Origin: Clostridia bacterium
GTDB taxonomy: Bacteria > Bacillota > Dehalobacteriia > UBA7702
Reading direction: 5' to 3'
DNA: 54,963 nt
NCBI GenBank assembly: GCA_051866595.1
Contig: JBJDXI010000061.1
Location: 1-54,963, forward strand
How positions within the stretch are numbered: the stretch's first letter is position 1; each line of letters starts with the position of its first letter. The position numbers and the translations under genes are program-made. Shown piece after piece: positions 44,098-53,025 of the stretch. A model generated the notes under the pieces. The model was not told the origin of the DNA. It was given only the letters and a program-made list of their open reading frames with translations, and searched no databases.

Positions 44098-44975
44098 GAT
44101 TTCTCCTTACTGCCCTTCAATAGTAAATTCAATGTCGCGTTGATCAGCATGATAAAGAGAAACAGCACAAGGGCGATGGAGAAAAGAGCTTCCCTCTGCA
44201 AACCGGCGGAATAAGACATTTCCGAAGCCACCGCCGTTGTGAGGAAGCGGACACTCTGAAAGAGAGAAGGCATATTCGCCGCGTTCCCGGCGACCATCAT
44301 CACGGCCATGGCTTCGCCGATGGCCCGGCCGACCCCGAGAACAACCGCGGCGGCAATGCCACTTTTCGCCGCCGGAACGGAAACGCGGAAAAAGGTTTCC
44401 ACCGGCGTCGCGCCCAGTGCGAGGGAGGCGTCTTCGTATTCCGGAGGAACGGCGTCCAACGCCGTCATGGATACCTTCACGATGGAGGGAAGGATCATTA
44501 CCGCCAGTACGATAATGGAGGCAAGCAGGCCTGCGCCATCGGGAACATTGAAAAGGATCCGGATGGAGGGAACCAGCACCAGCATACCGACAAGACCGTA
44601 AACGACCGAGGGAATACCGGCAAGAAGGCCGATGGCCGGTTCAAGAACCGCTTTTACCTTTCGGGGAGCGGCTTTTGAAAGATAAACGGCGGTCAGGAAT
44701 CCAATGGGCACACCGATCACGATAGCGCCGGCAGTCCCATATACACTGGTCAGAATAAAGGGTAAGATACCAAAAGAAGGTTCCGCCGCTGTGGAAGCCC
44801 AGGTTTTACCGAGGAGGAAGTCGAAAAGCCCGATTTCCCGGATGGCCGGAATCCCCGAAATGACAAGGTATACCGTAATCAGCAGAACACTGCCGACGGC
44901 AACGAGACCCAGCAGAAGGAAGACACCGTGAATCAGAGTCTCCAAGATTTGTTTTGAATTACGCTTTTTTTTCAT
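44094..44975 (-). CDS. pstC: Phosphate ABC transporter permease PstC
   Basis: Polytopic permease (ALDAVPPEYEDASLALGATPVETF), sitting between pstS and pstA. Confidence 0.9.
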   Translation of the reverse strand: MKKKRNSKQILETLIHGVFLLLGLVAVGSVLLITVYLVISGIPAIREIGLFDFLLGKTWASTAAEPSFGILPFILTSVYGTAGAIVIGVPIGFLTAVYLSKAAPRKVKAVLEPAIGLLAGIPSVVYGLVGMLVLVPSIRILFNVPDGAGLLASIIVLAVMILPSIVKVSMTALDAVPPEYEDASLALGATPVETFFRVSVPAAKSGIAAAVVLGVGRAIGEAMAVMMVAGNAANMPSLFQSVRFLTTAVASEMSYSAGLQREALFSIALVLFLFIMLINATLNLLLKGSKEKS

Positions 44976-45021
44976 ATCCCCGTACCTTTCCTTTCACAGC
45001 GATCGAAAACCGTTGCCGCGA

Positions 45022-45879
45022 TTATTGATTCGCGGCAACGGCACCGGCGGCGGCGATAATTTCAGCCGCGTCGGCGGAAGTGATGTAGTCGAAGAACCCC
45101 TGAGCCGTTTCGGAAAGGGCTTCATCGGTTTTGGTTACGAGAACGAAGGGACGCTGTACCACATAGCTGCCGTCTTTTACGGTGTCTTCCGTCGGTGTTA
45201 CGCCGTTTACTTTGACGATTTTCACGGAATCATCCACGGAAGCCAGGGAAGCGTAGCCGATGGCGTTGGGATTCTGGGAAACGGTGGTAATGACGTCACC
45301 GGTGGAGGTCAGTTCCTGACGGTACTGGCATTTGTCTTCGGTTTCGGTGATGGATTCAAAACCGTCACGGGTACCGCTGCCGGCTTCACGGCCGATGAGA
45401 ACGATTTCACCGTCTTCACCGCCGAGATCTTTCCAGTTGGTAATTTCACCGGTGTAAATGGCGGCGATGTCTTCCAGTGTAAGGTCTTCCACACCGTTGG
45501 CGGGGTTCACAATGACGGCGATGCCATCGTAGGCGAGAACGGTTTCCGTGAGACCCGAGGCTTTTTCCTCATCGGTCAAAGCACGGCTGGAAAGGCCGAT
45601 GTCGCAGCGGCCTTCGGAAACAGCGGTGATCCCGCTGCCGGAACCGGTGGGATTGTAGGTGAAGTTCACATCGGGATTGGCCGTGGTGTAAGCTTCGCCG
45701 AGGGAACCGATGACTTTTTCCATGGAAGTGGAACCGTCGGTAGAAACACTGCCGCTGACAGAGCTTTCTTCCGTCGCGTCACCGGAATTACCGCAGGCCG
45801 TCAACGCCATGCCAAAACAGGCGGCGACCATACCAATGGCCAGAATCTTCTTCATTTTGTTAAGAATACTCTTTTTCAT
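45022..45879 (-). CDS. pstS: Phosphate-binding lipoprotein PstS
   Basis: Lipobox (GMALTACGN). PstS-type motifs (GSGSGI and REAGSGTR). Confidence 0.9.
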   Translation of the reverse strand: MKKSILNKMKKILAIGMVAACFGMALTACGNSGDATEESSVSGSVSTDGSTSMEKVIGSLGEAYTTANPDVNFTYNPTGSGSGITAVSEGRCDIGLSSRALTDEEKASGLTETVLAYDGIAVIVNPANGVEDLTLEDIAAIYTGEITNWKDLGGEDGEIVLIGREAGSGTRDGFESITETEDKCQYRQELTSTGDVITTVSQNPNAIGYASLASVDDSVKIVKVNGVTPTEDTVKDGSYVVQRPFVLVTKTDEALSETAQGFFDYITSADAAEIIAAAGAVAANQ

Positions 45880-45936
45880 ACTTTTTCCTCTTTTCTTTTT
45901 ATGTTATATTTTACGTCTATAATCCTAAATAATGCA

Positions 45937-45976
45937 GGTAAAATCGAAAAGAGGGCTTTTGTAAAATCCATGTAAA
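45937..45976 (-). promoter_or_regulatory. Pho-box-like direct repeats upstream of pstS
   Basis: Read on the minus strand: TTTACA-N5-TTTACA (45976-45960), with a third copy, TTTACC, about two helical turns downstream (45942-45937). This matches the Firmicute PhoP TT(A/T/C)ACA repeat logic. Confidence 0.5.
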
Positions 45977-45993
45977 GTGAAAAAAGATATAGA

Positions 45994-46022
45994 AAACCTG
46001 TCCCGGATTCCGGGACAGGTTT
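45994..46022 (-). terminator. Terminator of the LCP gene
   Basis: 13 bp stem AAACCTGTCCCGG att CCGGGACAGGTTT. Confidence 0.8.
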
Positions 46023-46089
46023 CTGATTTTTCAATCGTATAACGACACAGGGACAAAAGAAAGAAATCAAATTCCTTTCCCTGTATCTT

Positions 46090-47307
46090 TTATTCTCCGT
46101 AAACAATGGTATGCAGCCGGGCCGCCGCCGCGTCCAGATTATAATGCCAGTACCAAACACCGTCGGCATCCTTTCCGCCCCAAAGATCCGTTTCATACTG
46201 AATATCGGGAATGGTGTAACGCTCCATCTCAAAATTCCGCAGAGCAATGGGCATCAGTTTCAAAACATCAAAAGAACTCAGCGACGTATCGACGATGGCG
46301 GCGAACCGATGGATAAACCGGGGATATTCCCAGATCCCCATATTTTTTACAGAAGCGAAAATTCCGTTCAGCACTTCCTGCTGCCGGTCGGTGCGAGCGT
46401 TATCCGAATCGAGACTGCGGATCCGGGAAAAGCTGATGGCCTGATGACCATCGAGAACCACAGTACCGGAGCTTTCCAGATGTGGCGAACCGGGAAAATC
46501 CTCGTCCAGCATCCGGTTGATCTCATTTTTCTCCGCCTCGGAAATTTCCAGCGTCACCCCGCCGACGGCATCGACAATATCGGAGAGCTGATTGAAGTTT
46601 ACCGTCACAAACTCTTTGACATCCAGTTTAAAAACCTGATTGATGGTTTTCACCGCCAGCTCCGGGCCGCCGTAAGCGTAAGCGTGATTCAGCTTCGTTT
46701 CGCCGTACCCCTCAATAGGCACTTTGCTGTCTCTCAGAAGCGACGTCATTTTCACATCACCACGAAAGATGTCCACCGTTAAAATCATCATGGCGTCACT
46801 GCGGCCGGTATCGCTATCATCCCGGGTATCTACGCCGAAAAAGGCAATATTCGTCACACCGAATTTACCGCTTTCCGAAATTCCCAGCGACGCGTCGTCT
46901 TTGGGAAGCGGGTGGGAATTGAGATTTCCCGTGACATAAAACCAGAATCCGCCCAAAATAAGAATCACAACGGCAAGAACCGTCCAAAGCGGTTTCAACC
47001 GGTGTTCCCTTCGGGGTTTCCGCTCCTTTTGCGGCTTTTCCGGAGGAAAGGCTTTGGTGCCCTTCTTTTTCCGAAAAATGGAATCTTCCATATATAAACC
47101 GCCGTTGTAATCATTTTGCTGCTCTTCCCGGGGAACGGCGCGAACCGCCCGGCGGCGGGCCGGTTCCTCGGACGGACGGCCACCGACAATCCGGGGATCA
47201 TCAAAAACCGAGTCGCTTTTCGTCACTTTCGGCCGGCGCGGCGCGGCTTTTTTCCCCATACCTGCCGTCTGATTCTGTTTACGATTATAATCTTTTTCTC
47301 TGTACAT
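46090..47307 (-). CDS. LCP-family (LytR-CpsA-Psr) cell-wall polymer phosphotransferase with a basic N-terminal tail
   Basis: One TM helix (LWTVLAVVILILGGFWFYV). LCP motifs (GRSDAMMILTVD and LNHAYAYGG). Confidence 0.85.
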   Translation of the reverse strand: MYREKDYNRKQNQTAGMGKKAAPRRPKVTKSDSVFDDPRIVGGRPSEEPARRRAVRAVPREEQQNDYNGGLYMEDSIFRKKKGTKAFPPEKPQKERKPRREHRLKPLWTVLAVVILILGGFWFYVTGNLNSHPLPKDDASLGISESGKFGVTNIAFFGVDTRDDSDTGRSDAMMILTVDIFRGDVKMTSLLRDSKVPIEGYGETKLNHAYAYGGPELAVKTINQVFKLDVKEFVTVNFNQLSDIVDAVGGVTLEISEAEKNEINRMLDEDFPGSPHLESSGTVVLDGHQAISFSRIRSLDSDNARTDRQQEVLNGIFASVKNMGIWEYPRFIHRFAAIVDTSLSSFDVLKLMPIALRNFEMERYTIPDIQYETDLWGGKDADGVWYWHYNLDAAAARLHTIVYGE

Positions 47308-47335
47308 AAAAATATCCAGTCATGTTTTTTTTGCT

Positions 47336-47363
47336 ATTATACCATATTCACATTTTTATGCAA
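47336..47363 (-). promoter_or_regulatory. Sigma-A promoter of the LCP gene
   Basis: Read on the minus strand: TTGCAT, a 16 nt spacer, then TGgTATAAT (extended -10). Confidence 0.6.
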
Positions 47364-47392
47364 ACCTCTTCCCATGGATTCACCGTAAAAAC

Positions 47393-47417
47393 AAAAAATG
47401 CGAAGCAATGCTTCGCA
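47393..47417 (-). terminator. Terminator of spoVT
   Basis: GCGAAGC aat GCTTCGC, with a T-run after it on the minus strand. Confidence 0.65.
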
Positions 47418-47453
47418 AAATCAAAGAAAAAAATACATATTGGAATTGAAATT

Positions 47454-48017
47454 TCATTGTTCCAGCTGTTTGGCCAGAAAACCGGCGGCGGTTTCCGCCA
47501 GTTTTTGTTCGGTCTCCCCCATGGTCACATGACGCTCCCGGGAACAGATAATGACGCTTCCCACCACATCGCCGCCGGGGATGATCGGCGCGATACAGAA
47601 ACAGCTGAGATCACTGCGGAGTTCATCGGCGACGAGGGCGAGATCCTCCCGACCGAGGTCATCGTAAACCCGATTCATCAGCAGTGTGCGCCGTTCCTCC
47701 ATGACTTTTTCCACGGTGGGTCCGATGTGACGGTGAAGAAATTCTTTCCGGGAGCCGCCGCTGACGGCGATGATCTCATCACGGTCGGTAATCAGCACCG
47801 TTGTCTGGAGCGTATGGCTCAGCGCCTCGGCGTATTCCCGGGCGAAATCGCTCAGCGCCGTGATGGGCGAATACTTTTTCAGAATCACATCCCCTTCCCG
47901 ATCCACAAAGATCTCCAGGGGATCTCCCTCTTTAATCCGCATGGTGCGGCGGATTTCCTTGGGAATCACGACCCGGCCGAGGTCATCAATCCTTCTTACG
48001 ATTCCGGTTGCTTTCAT
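47454..48017 (-). CDS. spoVT: Stage V sporulation protein T (AbrB-family regulator)
   Basis: The N-terminal SpoVT/AbrB swapped-hairpin domain is MKATGIVRRIDDLGRVVIPKEIRRTMRIKEGDPLEIF. A GAF-like C-terminal domain follows. Confidence 0.9.
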   Translation of the reverse strand: MKATGIVRRIDDLGRVVIPKEIRRTMRIKEGDPLEIFVDREGDVILKKYSPITALSDFAREYAEALSHTLQTTVLITDRDEIIAVSGGSRKEFLHRHIGPTVEKVMEERRTLLMNRVYDDLGREDLALVADELRSDLSCFCIAPIIPGGDVVGSVIICSRERHVTMGETEQKLAETAAGFLAKQLEQ

Positions 48018-48087
48018 ATATAAATTCCTCCGTTTGCCTTTTCGGTTTCATGCCGGTAGTATCTGTAAACGGAGGAATTTTTATACC

Positions 48088-49068
48088 TTATTTCTTTCCG
48101 CGGACAATCTGATGAGCGATGCCCATCACCGCCGCGAAGAGCACCCCGGCCACAGGCCAGACAATCCAGCTGGTGTCCCAGTTGTCAAAAACAAAGCTGA
48201 TACCGAGATAAATGGCGGTGACGGTGCACCAGTAAATCCCAGGGAAAAAGGAGAGTTTTTTATTGGTTTCCTTTTCTTCTTTCGTATAGGCCTCTTCCTG
48301 CAAAAGTTTTTGATACGAGCCCCAGATCATCCCCGTGCGGATGAAAAGATGAACCGCCACGGAAATCATCAACAGGAGAAGAGCAACGGTGCAGAGAATC
48401 ACCAGATCAAACATCTCCAGACAAGCCGCAATCAACAGCGGAATGACACTGAGAATACAGAGGGCCACACCGAGGGCGATGCAAAGGCGGTAACGGCCTT
48501 CATCGGCCTGTTTTCTCTTTTCCACGATTCCCCTCACACCGTAGGCCAGGGCGATTTCTTCTTTTTCCAGATATTCATAAGGTGAAAGCTTCATGCCGTT
48601 GAGGATCAGAACGGTCACCGCGCCGGCCACCATCAGAAACAGCGCCGCGAGACCGATACCCGCCGCCGCGCCTTCGGAGAGGTACGCCGTAAACTCCGCG
48701 ATACCGCCGAGGAGGATCAGGGCCACCGGAGAGAGAATCAGGGCCGAAACAGCCCAGGCAAACCGGGGCGACACTTTCCGCACCAGATCCATATAAACAT
48801 TGGCCTGTTCCACATCGACGAAACGCGCCGTTTCTACCGGCACTTCCGTTTCCGAGGGAAGAGCGTCCTCGATTTCATCTTTCAGCAAGTAATCGGTGCT
48901 GACACCGAAAAGTTCGCTCATTTTCAGAATTTTTTCCAGATCGGGAATAGAAAGCCCCGATTCCCATTTGGATACCGACTGACGGGAAACGTTCAGCTGT
49001 TCCCCGAGCTGTTCCTGAGACCAACCGTTTTTCTTTCTTAATTGTATGATTTTATCCGCTAATATCAT
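48088..49068 (-). CDS. XRE-family helix-turn-helix protein with a multi-pass membrane domain
   Basis: HTH_3 domain (LRKKNGWSQEQLGEQLNVSRQSVSKWESG) followed by about six TM helices. The start at 49068 sits behind a GAAGGAAAG RBS. Confidence 0.8.
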   Translation of the reverse strand: MILADKIIQLRKKNGWSQEQLGEQLNVSRQSVSKWESGLSIPDLEKILKMSELFGVSTDYLLKDEIEDALPSETEVPVETARFVDVEQANVYMDLVRKVSPRFAWAVSALILSPVALILLGGIAEFTAYLSEGAAAGIGLAALFLMVAGAVTVLILNGMKLSPYEYLEKEEIALAYGVRGIVEKRKQADEGRYRLCIALGVALCILSVIPLLIAACLEMFDLVILCTVALLLLMISVAVHLFIRTGMIWGSYQKLLQEEAYTKEEKETNKKLSFFPGIYWCTVTAIYLGISFVFDNWDTSWIVWPVAGVLFAAVMGIAHQIVRGKK

Positions 49069-49220
49069 CTTTATCTTTCCTTCTCTTTCAAAAATGGATG
49101 CACGATATCGTGATTTCAATATAGCATGAACCTTTGCCACCGGCTACCAACTCGCCTTGGAAATTTGTCAACCGCCGGTTGCAGACCGCATGGAACAGGC
49201 ATTTACAGAAAAACTTTCCG

Positions 49221-50417
49221 TTACAGTTCCACTTTCAGACGGCGCAGCAATCCCCAGAGACAGAGAATCAGCACCAGACAGGTGAGGAAAATCCAAAAGA
49301 GGCCGTCAATGTAATTGCCCCAGGAAAGGGTGGCCACCACCGTCCCCAGGGTACCGATAACGGAAGTGGCGAAACTGCTCAGCGCCGAGGCGGCACCGGA
49401 GGTATCTTCATGCTGATTCAGCAAAAGCACCATTCCTAAAGGTCTTGAAATCCCTTCGGCATAGGTATAGGGAATGAAAACGAGAAGCAGAATCAGGGGA
49501 CTGATTTTCCCGAAGAGGCCGACGCCGGCGGTGGTTAAAGCCAGAAAGAGAAAACAGAGCTTCAAAACGGTTTTCCCTTTCAGCCGCTTATCCAGAAACA
49601 GATAGACAAAAGGCGCGGTAAAAGAAATGATACAGATACCGCCGTAAAAAAGGCTGTACTGAAGATAGCTCATTTCAAAATAATTCATACAGATATAAGA
49701 ACATACCGCTACGAAACCGAAGAAAGGAACACAGATCAGGGAAATGACGGAGAGCAAAACCGAAAAATTCTGGTCCTTCGCCACATAGACAAGTCCTTTC
49801 ATCGCCGGCAGAACACCGCCGTGAACCCGCCGTTCCGGCGGCAGTGTTTCCGGCAGAATCAGCGCCAGCAAAAAACAGAAGGTACCCAAAATGCCGAGAG
49901 CCGCCATGACCCAGCGCCAATTGCCCACCATCAGCATAAAAGAGCCTAAAAACGGAGCCACCACCGGCCCCAGCACAATCACCGACTGGATCACCGCCAT
50001 GGATTTCTGAAAGAGGTCCGCTTCCAGATAGTCTTTGACCATGGCCATGGTTACCGCCGTGATGATCCCCGCGCCGAAGGCCGCGCCGCCCCGGCAGAAG
50101 ATCAGCGTATAGACATCGGGAGCCAGGGCACAGCCAAAACCGAACAAAGCGAATAAAGCGACCCCCGACAGAAGCATCGGTTTCCGTCCGAATTTATCGC
50201 TCAAAGGGCCGCCGATGAGCACACTGAAGGCGCTTACGATAAAGTAAATCGAAAGGGCCATATTCAGCGTGGCGGCGCCGGTGTGAAAATATTCCAGAAT
50301 CTGGGGCTGAGCCGGCAAAAACATATCGCAGGCCATCCAGTCCACCGCCATGATAAAGGTAATCATCGTCACAAATAAAACCGGATTCATCAAATCCTTC
50401 TTTTTTGCCATTTCCAT
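49221..50417 (-). CDS. MFS transporter (Bcr/CflA-like drug efflux type)
   Basis: The hydrophobicity pattern suggests twelve TM segments. MFS loop motif GPLSDKFGRKP. The start at 50417 lies about 5 nt after GGGAGG. Confidence 0.85.
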   Translation of the reverse strand: MEMAKKKDLMNPVLFVTMITFIMAVDWMACDMFLPAQPQILEYFHTGAATLNMALSIYFIVSAFSVLIGGPLSDKFGRKPMLLSGVALFALFGFGCALAPDVYTLIFCRGGAAFGAGIITAVTMAMVKDYLEADLFQKSMAVIQSVIVLGPVVAPFLGSFMLMVGNWRWVMAALGILGTFCFLLALILPETLPPERRVHGGVLPAMKGLVYVAKDQNFSVLLSVISLICVPFFGFVAVCSYICMNYFEMSYLQYSLFYGGICIISFTAPFVYLFLDKRLKGKTVLKLCFLFLALTTAGVGLFGKISPLILLLVFIPYTYAEGISRPLGMVLLLNQHEDTSGAASALSSFATSVIGTLGTVVATLSWGNYIDGLFWIFLTCLVLILCLWGLLRRLKVEL

Positions 50418-50506
50418 TTTTTCCTCCCTTTCGCGTAACATTTATTATACCATGTATATAAACCGACATCAATTTCTTTTCCGTTTCCCGGCTCTTTAAA
50501 AAATCC

Positions 50507-50535
50507 TTACATTCCCTCTTTTTTTGTGATATAAT
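50507..50535 (+). promoter_or_regulatory. Sigma-A promoter of the CarD-like gene
   Basis: TTACAT (50507-50512), a 17 nt spacer, then TATAAT (50530-50535), preceded by TGa (extended -10). Confidence 0.6.
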
Positions 50536-50624
50536 AATGAAAAAAGTATTCTGAGAAACCGCTCTGTACCGCAATTTGCGTACCGGATGCGCAGACATCG
50601 AATATCCGGAAAGAGGGAAAATAA

Positions 50625-51125
50625 ATGTATCAAGTCGATGATGTCGTTGTATACGGACTTCACGGCGTTTGCCGTATCACACAGATCGAACCAAAAATTT
50701 TCGCAGGAGAAGAGCATCTTTACTACACGATGAAACCGGTTTTTGACGACCGAAGCACCTTTTTTATCCCCGCGGAAAATGAGCTTTCCGCAAGGAAATT
50801 GCGTCCTCTCCTTTCCCCTCAGGAAATTAAAGAGCTGATCCGCTCCATTCCGACTCAGAAAATCATCGGGATCACCGATGAAAAACACCGCAAAGAAACG
50901 TATCAGCAGATCATTGAAAGCGGCGACCGCGGAGAGATTATGCGGCTCGTAAAAACACTCCATAAACGAAAAGAAGCCCAGCAGAAAGCGGGAAAGAAAC
51001 AGCACCTGATCGATGAGCGCTTTTTAAAAGAAGCGGAAACGGTGCTCGGTGATGAATTCGCTTATGTTCTGAATCTGGACCGTACAAGCATCGCGTCCTA
51101 TATTAAAGAAGAGCTGGGCGAATAA
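50625..51125 (+). CDS. CarD/CdnL-family RNA polymerase-binding transcription factor
   Basis: N-terminal CarD_CdnL_TRCF-like domain (YQVDDVVVYGLHGVCRITQIE). Confidence 0.8.
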   Translation: MYQVDDVVVYGLHGVCRITQIEPKIFAGEEHLYYTMKPVFDDRSTFFIPAENELSARKLRPLLSPQEIKELIRSIPTQKIIGITDEKHRKETYQQIIESGDRGEIMRLVKTLHKRKEAQQKAGKKQHLIDERFLKEAETVLGDEFAYVLNLDRTSIASYIKEELGE

Positions 51126-51136
51126 AAGGAATAATC

Positions 51137-51166
51137 AAAAGGACATGACAAACGTCATGTCCTTTT
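51137..51166. terminator. Bidirectional terminator between the convergent CarD-like gene and rpoN
   Basis: AAAAGGACATGAC aaac GTCATGTCCTTTT followed by TT. Confidence 0.8.
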
Positions 51167-51216
51167 TTGTCTATAAAAATAAATTCAATCATCGGATTCC
51201 GGTACCAAAATTTCAA

Positions 51217-52563
51217 TCAATACCGTTTCCGTTTACCCGCCACGGGAATACCCATCTGTTCCCGGTATTTCGCCACGGTGCGGCGGGAAATTTCAATTCC
51301 TTTTTTCTTTAATAATTCCATCAGTTCCCCGTCTTTCAGGGGATGAGCCGAATCCTCGGCGTCGATCAGCGCTTTCATCTGTTTTTTGATGCCCAGCGTA
51401 TTTGTATCAGACCCCGAAGAGACCCCTTTGGGGAAGAAGTATTTAAAAGAGAAGAGACCACGGGGCGTCTGTATATATTTGTTGCTGACCACCCGGGAAA
51501 CCGTTGATTCATGAACACCGATTTCATCGGCAATATCTTTGAGATTCAACGGCACCGGATATTCCGCCGCTTCGTTAAAGAATGCCGACTGGAATTTCAG
51601 AATGGCGTTTACCGTATCATAGATGGTTTTCCGGCGCTGTTCAATGGTTTTCAGCACCCATACCGCCGCGTTGAACTTCTCTTTGAGATAATCCTCGGTG
51701 GAAGCGTCCATCTGCATACCGGTTTTCAACAGATTCTGATAATAATCATTGACGAGAATTTTCGGCACATCCCATTCATTGAGGATAATCTGCCATTCAC
51801 CGTCGATTTTTTTCACCGTCACATCCGGTGAAACATATTCCACATGACTGCCGCCACCCCAGGACTGACCGGGCCGGGGATCCAGGGAACGAATCATTTC
51901 CACCAGCTCCGTTACGGTTTCCACCGGCAGTTTCATCTGCTTGGCGATCATGGGAACGCGGTTGGCGCCGACCATGTCCAGATAATCGTGAATGATCCGT
52001 TTTAAATCATTGTAATGAGGATTTTCCTTATCCAGCTGTAAAATCAGGCAATCCTGCAAGTTCACACAGCAAACACCGGCGGGATCGAAACGCCGGATCA
52101 TCTCCATGACTTCCGCGATTTCCGCCGGGGGCAGATGAAGCTCAGCGGCAATGGTACCGGGAAGGGTCAGCAGATAGCCGTTATCATCGATATACGAAAG
52201 GATGTATTTCCCAATCTTCCGCTGATGATCCGAAAGCGGCAGAATATTCAGCTGAAACAAAAGATACTCATAGAGACTGTTATACGCTTCTGTCCGGGCC
52301 TCGTAAGTAAAAGGCTCTTCACGGTTTACCGTATAGCTCCGGCTGCCTTCGGAATAATCATTCCGCATGGAAGCGAAAAGCTCTTCTTCTTTGGAAGGAG
52401 ACGGCGATTCGTCCATTTCCAGCATGGGGTTTTCCTCCAGCTGTTCCCGGACAAACTGTTGTAATTCCAAAACAGGCATGGTCAATAGATCAATGGCCTG
52501 CCGAAGCTCGGTAGTCATCACCAATTTCTGAAGTTGTTTTAATTCGAGATTTATTCCTGACAC
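51217..52563 (-). CDS. rpoN: RNA polymerase sigma-54 factor
   Basis: Region I (LELKQLQKLVMTTELRQAIDLL) and the C-terminal RpoN box (RRTVAKYREQMGI). The GTG at 52563 lies after AGGTGA. The track start at 52596 is the alternative. Confidence 0.9.
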   Translation of the reverse strand: MSGINLELKQLQKLVMTTELRQAIDLLTMPVLELQQFVREQLEENPMLEMDESPSPSKEEELFASMRNDYSEGSRSYTVNREEPFTYEARTEAYNSLYEYLLFQLNILPLSDHQRKIGKYILSYIDDNGYLLTLPGTIAAELHLPPAEIAEVMEMIRRFDPAGVCCVNLQDCLILQLDKENPHYNDLKRIIHDYLDMVGANRVPMIAKQMKLPVETVTELVEMIRSLDPRPGQSWGGGSHVEYVSPDVTVKKIDGEWQIILNEWDVPKILVNDYYQNLLKTGMQMDASTEDYLKEKFNAAVWVLKTIEQRRKTIYDTVNAILKFQSAFFNEAAEYPVPLNLKDIADEIGVHESTVSRVVSNKYIQTPRGLFSFKYFFPKGVSSGSDTNTLGIKKQMKALIDAEDSAHPLKDGELMELLKKKGIEISRRTVAKYREQMGIPVAGKRKRY

Positions 52564-52753
52564 GTTATCACCTGCTTTATTACGCAACAGCCGCACGTAA
52601 CAAACGTTTCAAATTTTGCTTCTCTCCAATGAACCCACGATACCTCAAAAAAACAAATCTCTTTTCCGCGCGTTTTTACATAAAAAAACAGGAATGAGAA
52701 CCACTTCATTCACTTCCGTAAAATATCGTCGCGAGCTTCCTTTTTCTGACATT

Positions 52754-52782
52754 ATTCTATCAGAAATCACGAAAAGTGTCAA
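52754..52782 (-). promoter_or_regulatory. Sigma-A promoter upstream of rpoN (leader of about 185 nt)
   Basis: Read on the minus strand: TTGACA (52782-52777), a 17 nt spacer, then TAGAAT (52759-52754). Confidence 0.7.
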
Positions 52783-52829
52783 TGAAACCGCAGGAGAAGA
52801 CAGGACCATCTTTTTCCATCCGAAACGAT

Positions 52830-52869
52830 AAAACAGCCGCGCGGATCTCTTTTTACGCGCGGCTGTTTT
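52830..52869 (-). terminator. Terminator downstream of the BCCT gene
   Basis: 14 bp stem AAAACAGCCGCGCG ... CGCGCGGCTGTTTT. A second, weaker hairpin lies at about 52926-52963. Confidence 0.7.
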
Positions 52870-53025
52870 TGAAAATGGAGAGTAAGAGACTATGACCGGA
52901 AAACCGATCATTTCAGAAGAGATATAGAACGGCACAAACACAGATCAAGTAACGTACCGTTCTATTATTTTGTTCAGAAAGGAAGAAGGGAGTCCTCCTA
53001 AACAAAAGATTTGTCAAAACAACAT

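Noticed and set aside
52616-52831. A 71 aa plus-strand ORF between rpoN and the BCCT terminator. A 98 aa minus-strand ORF at 52645-52941 was also considered.
   Set aside because: Neither has a usable RBS. The region is better explained by the rpoN promoter (TTGACA-17-TAGAAT) and its leader. The minus-strand ORF runs straight through a 14 bp terminator stem.
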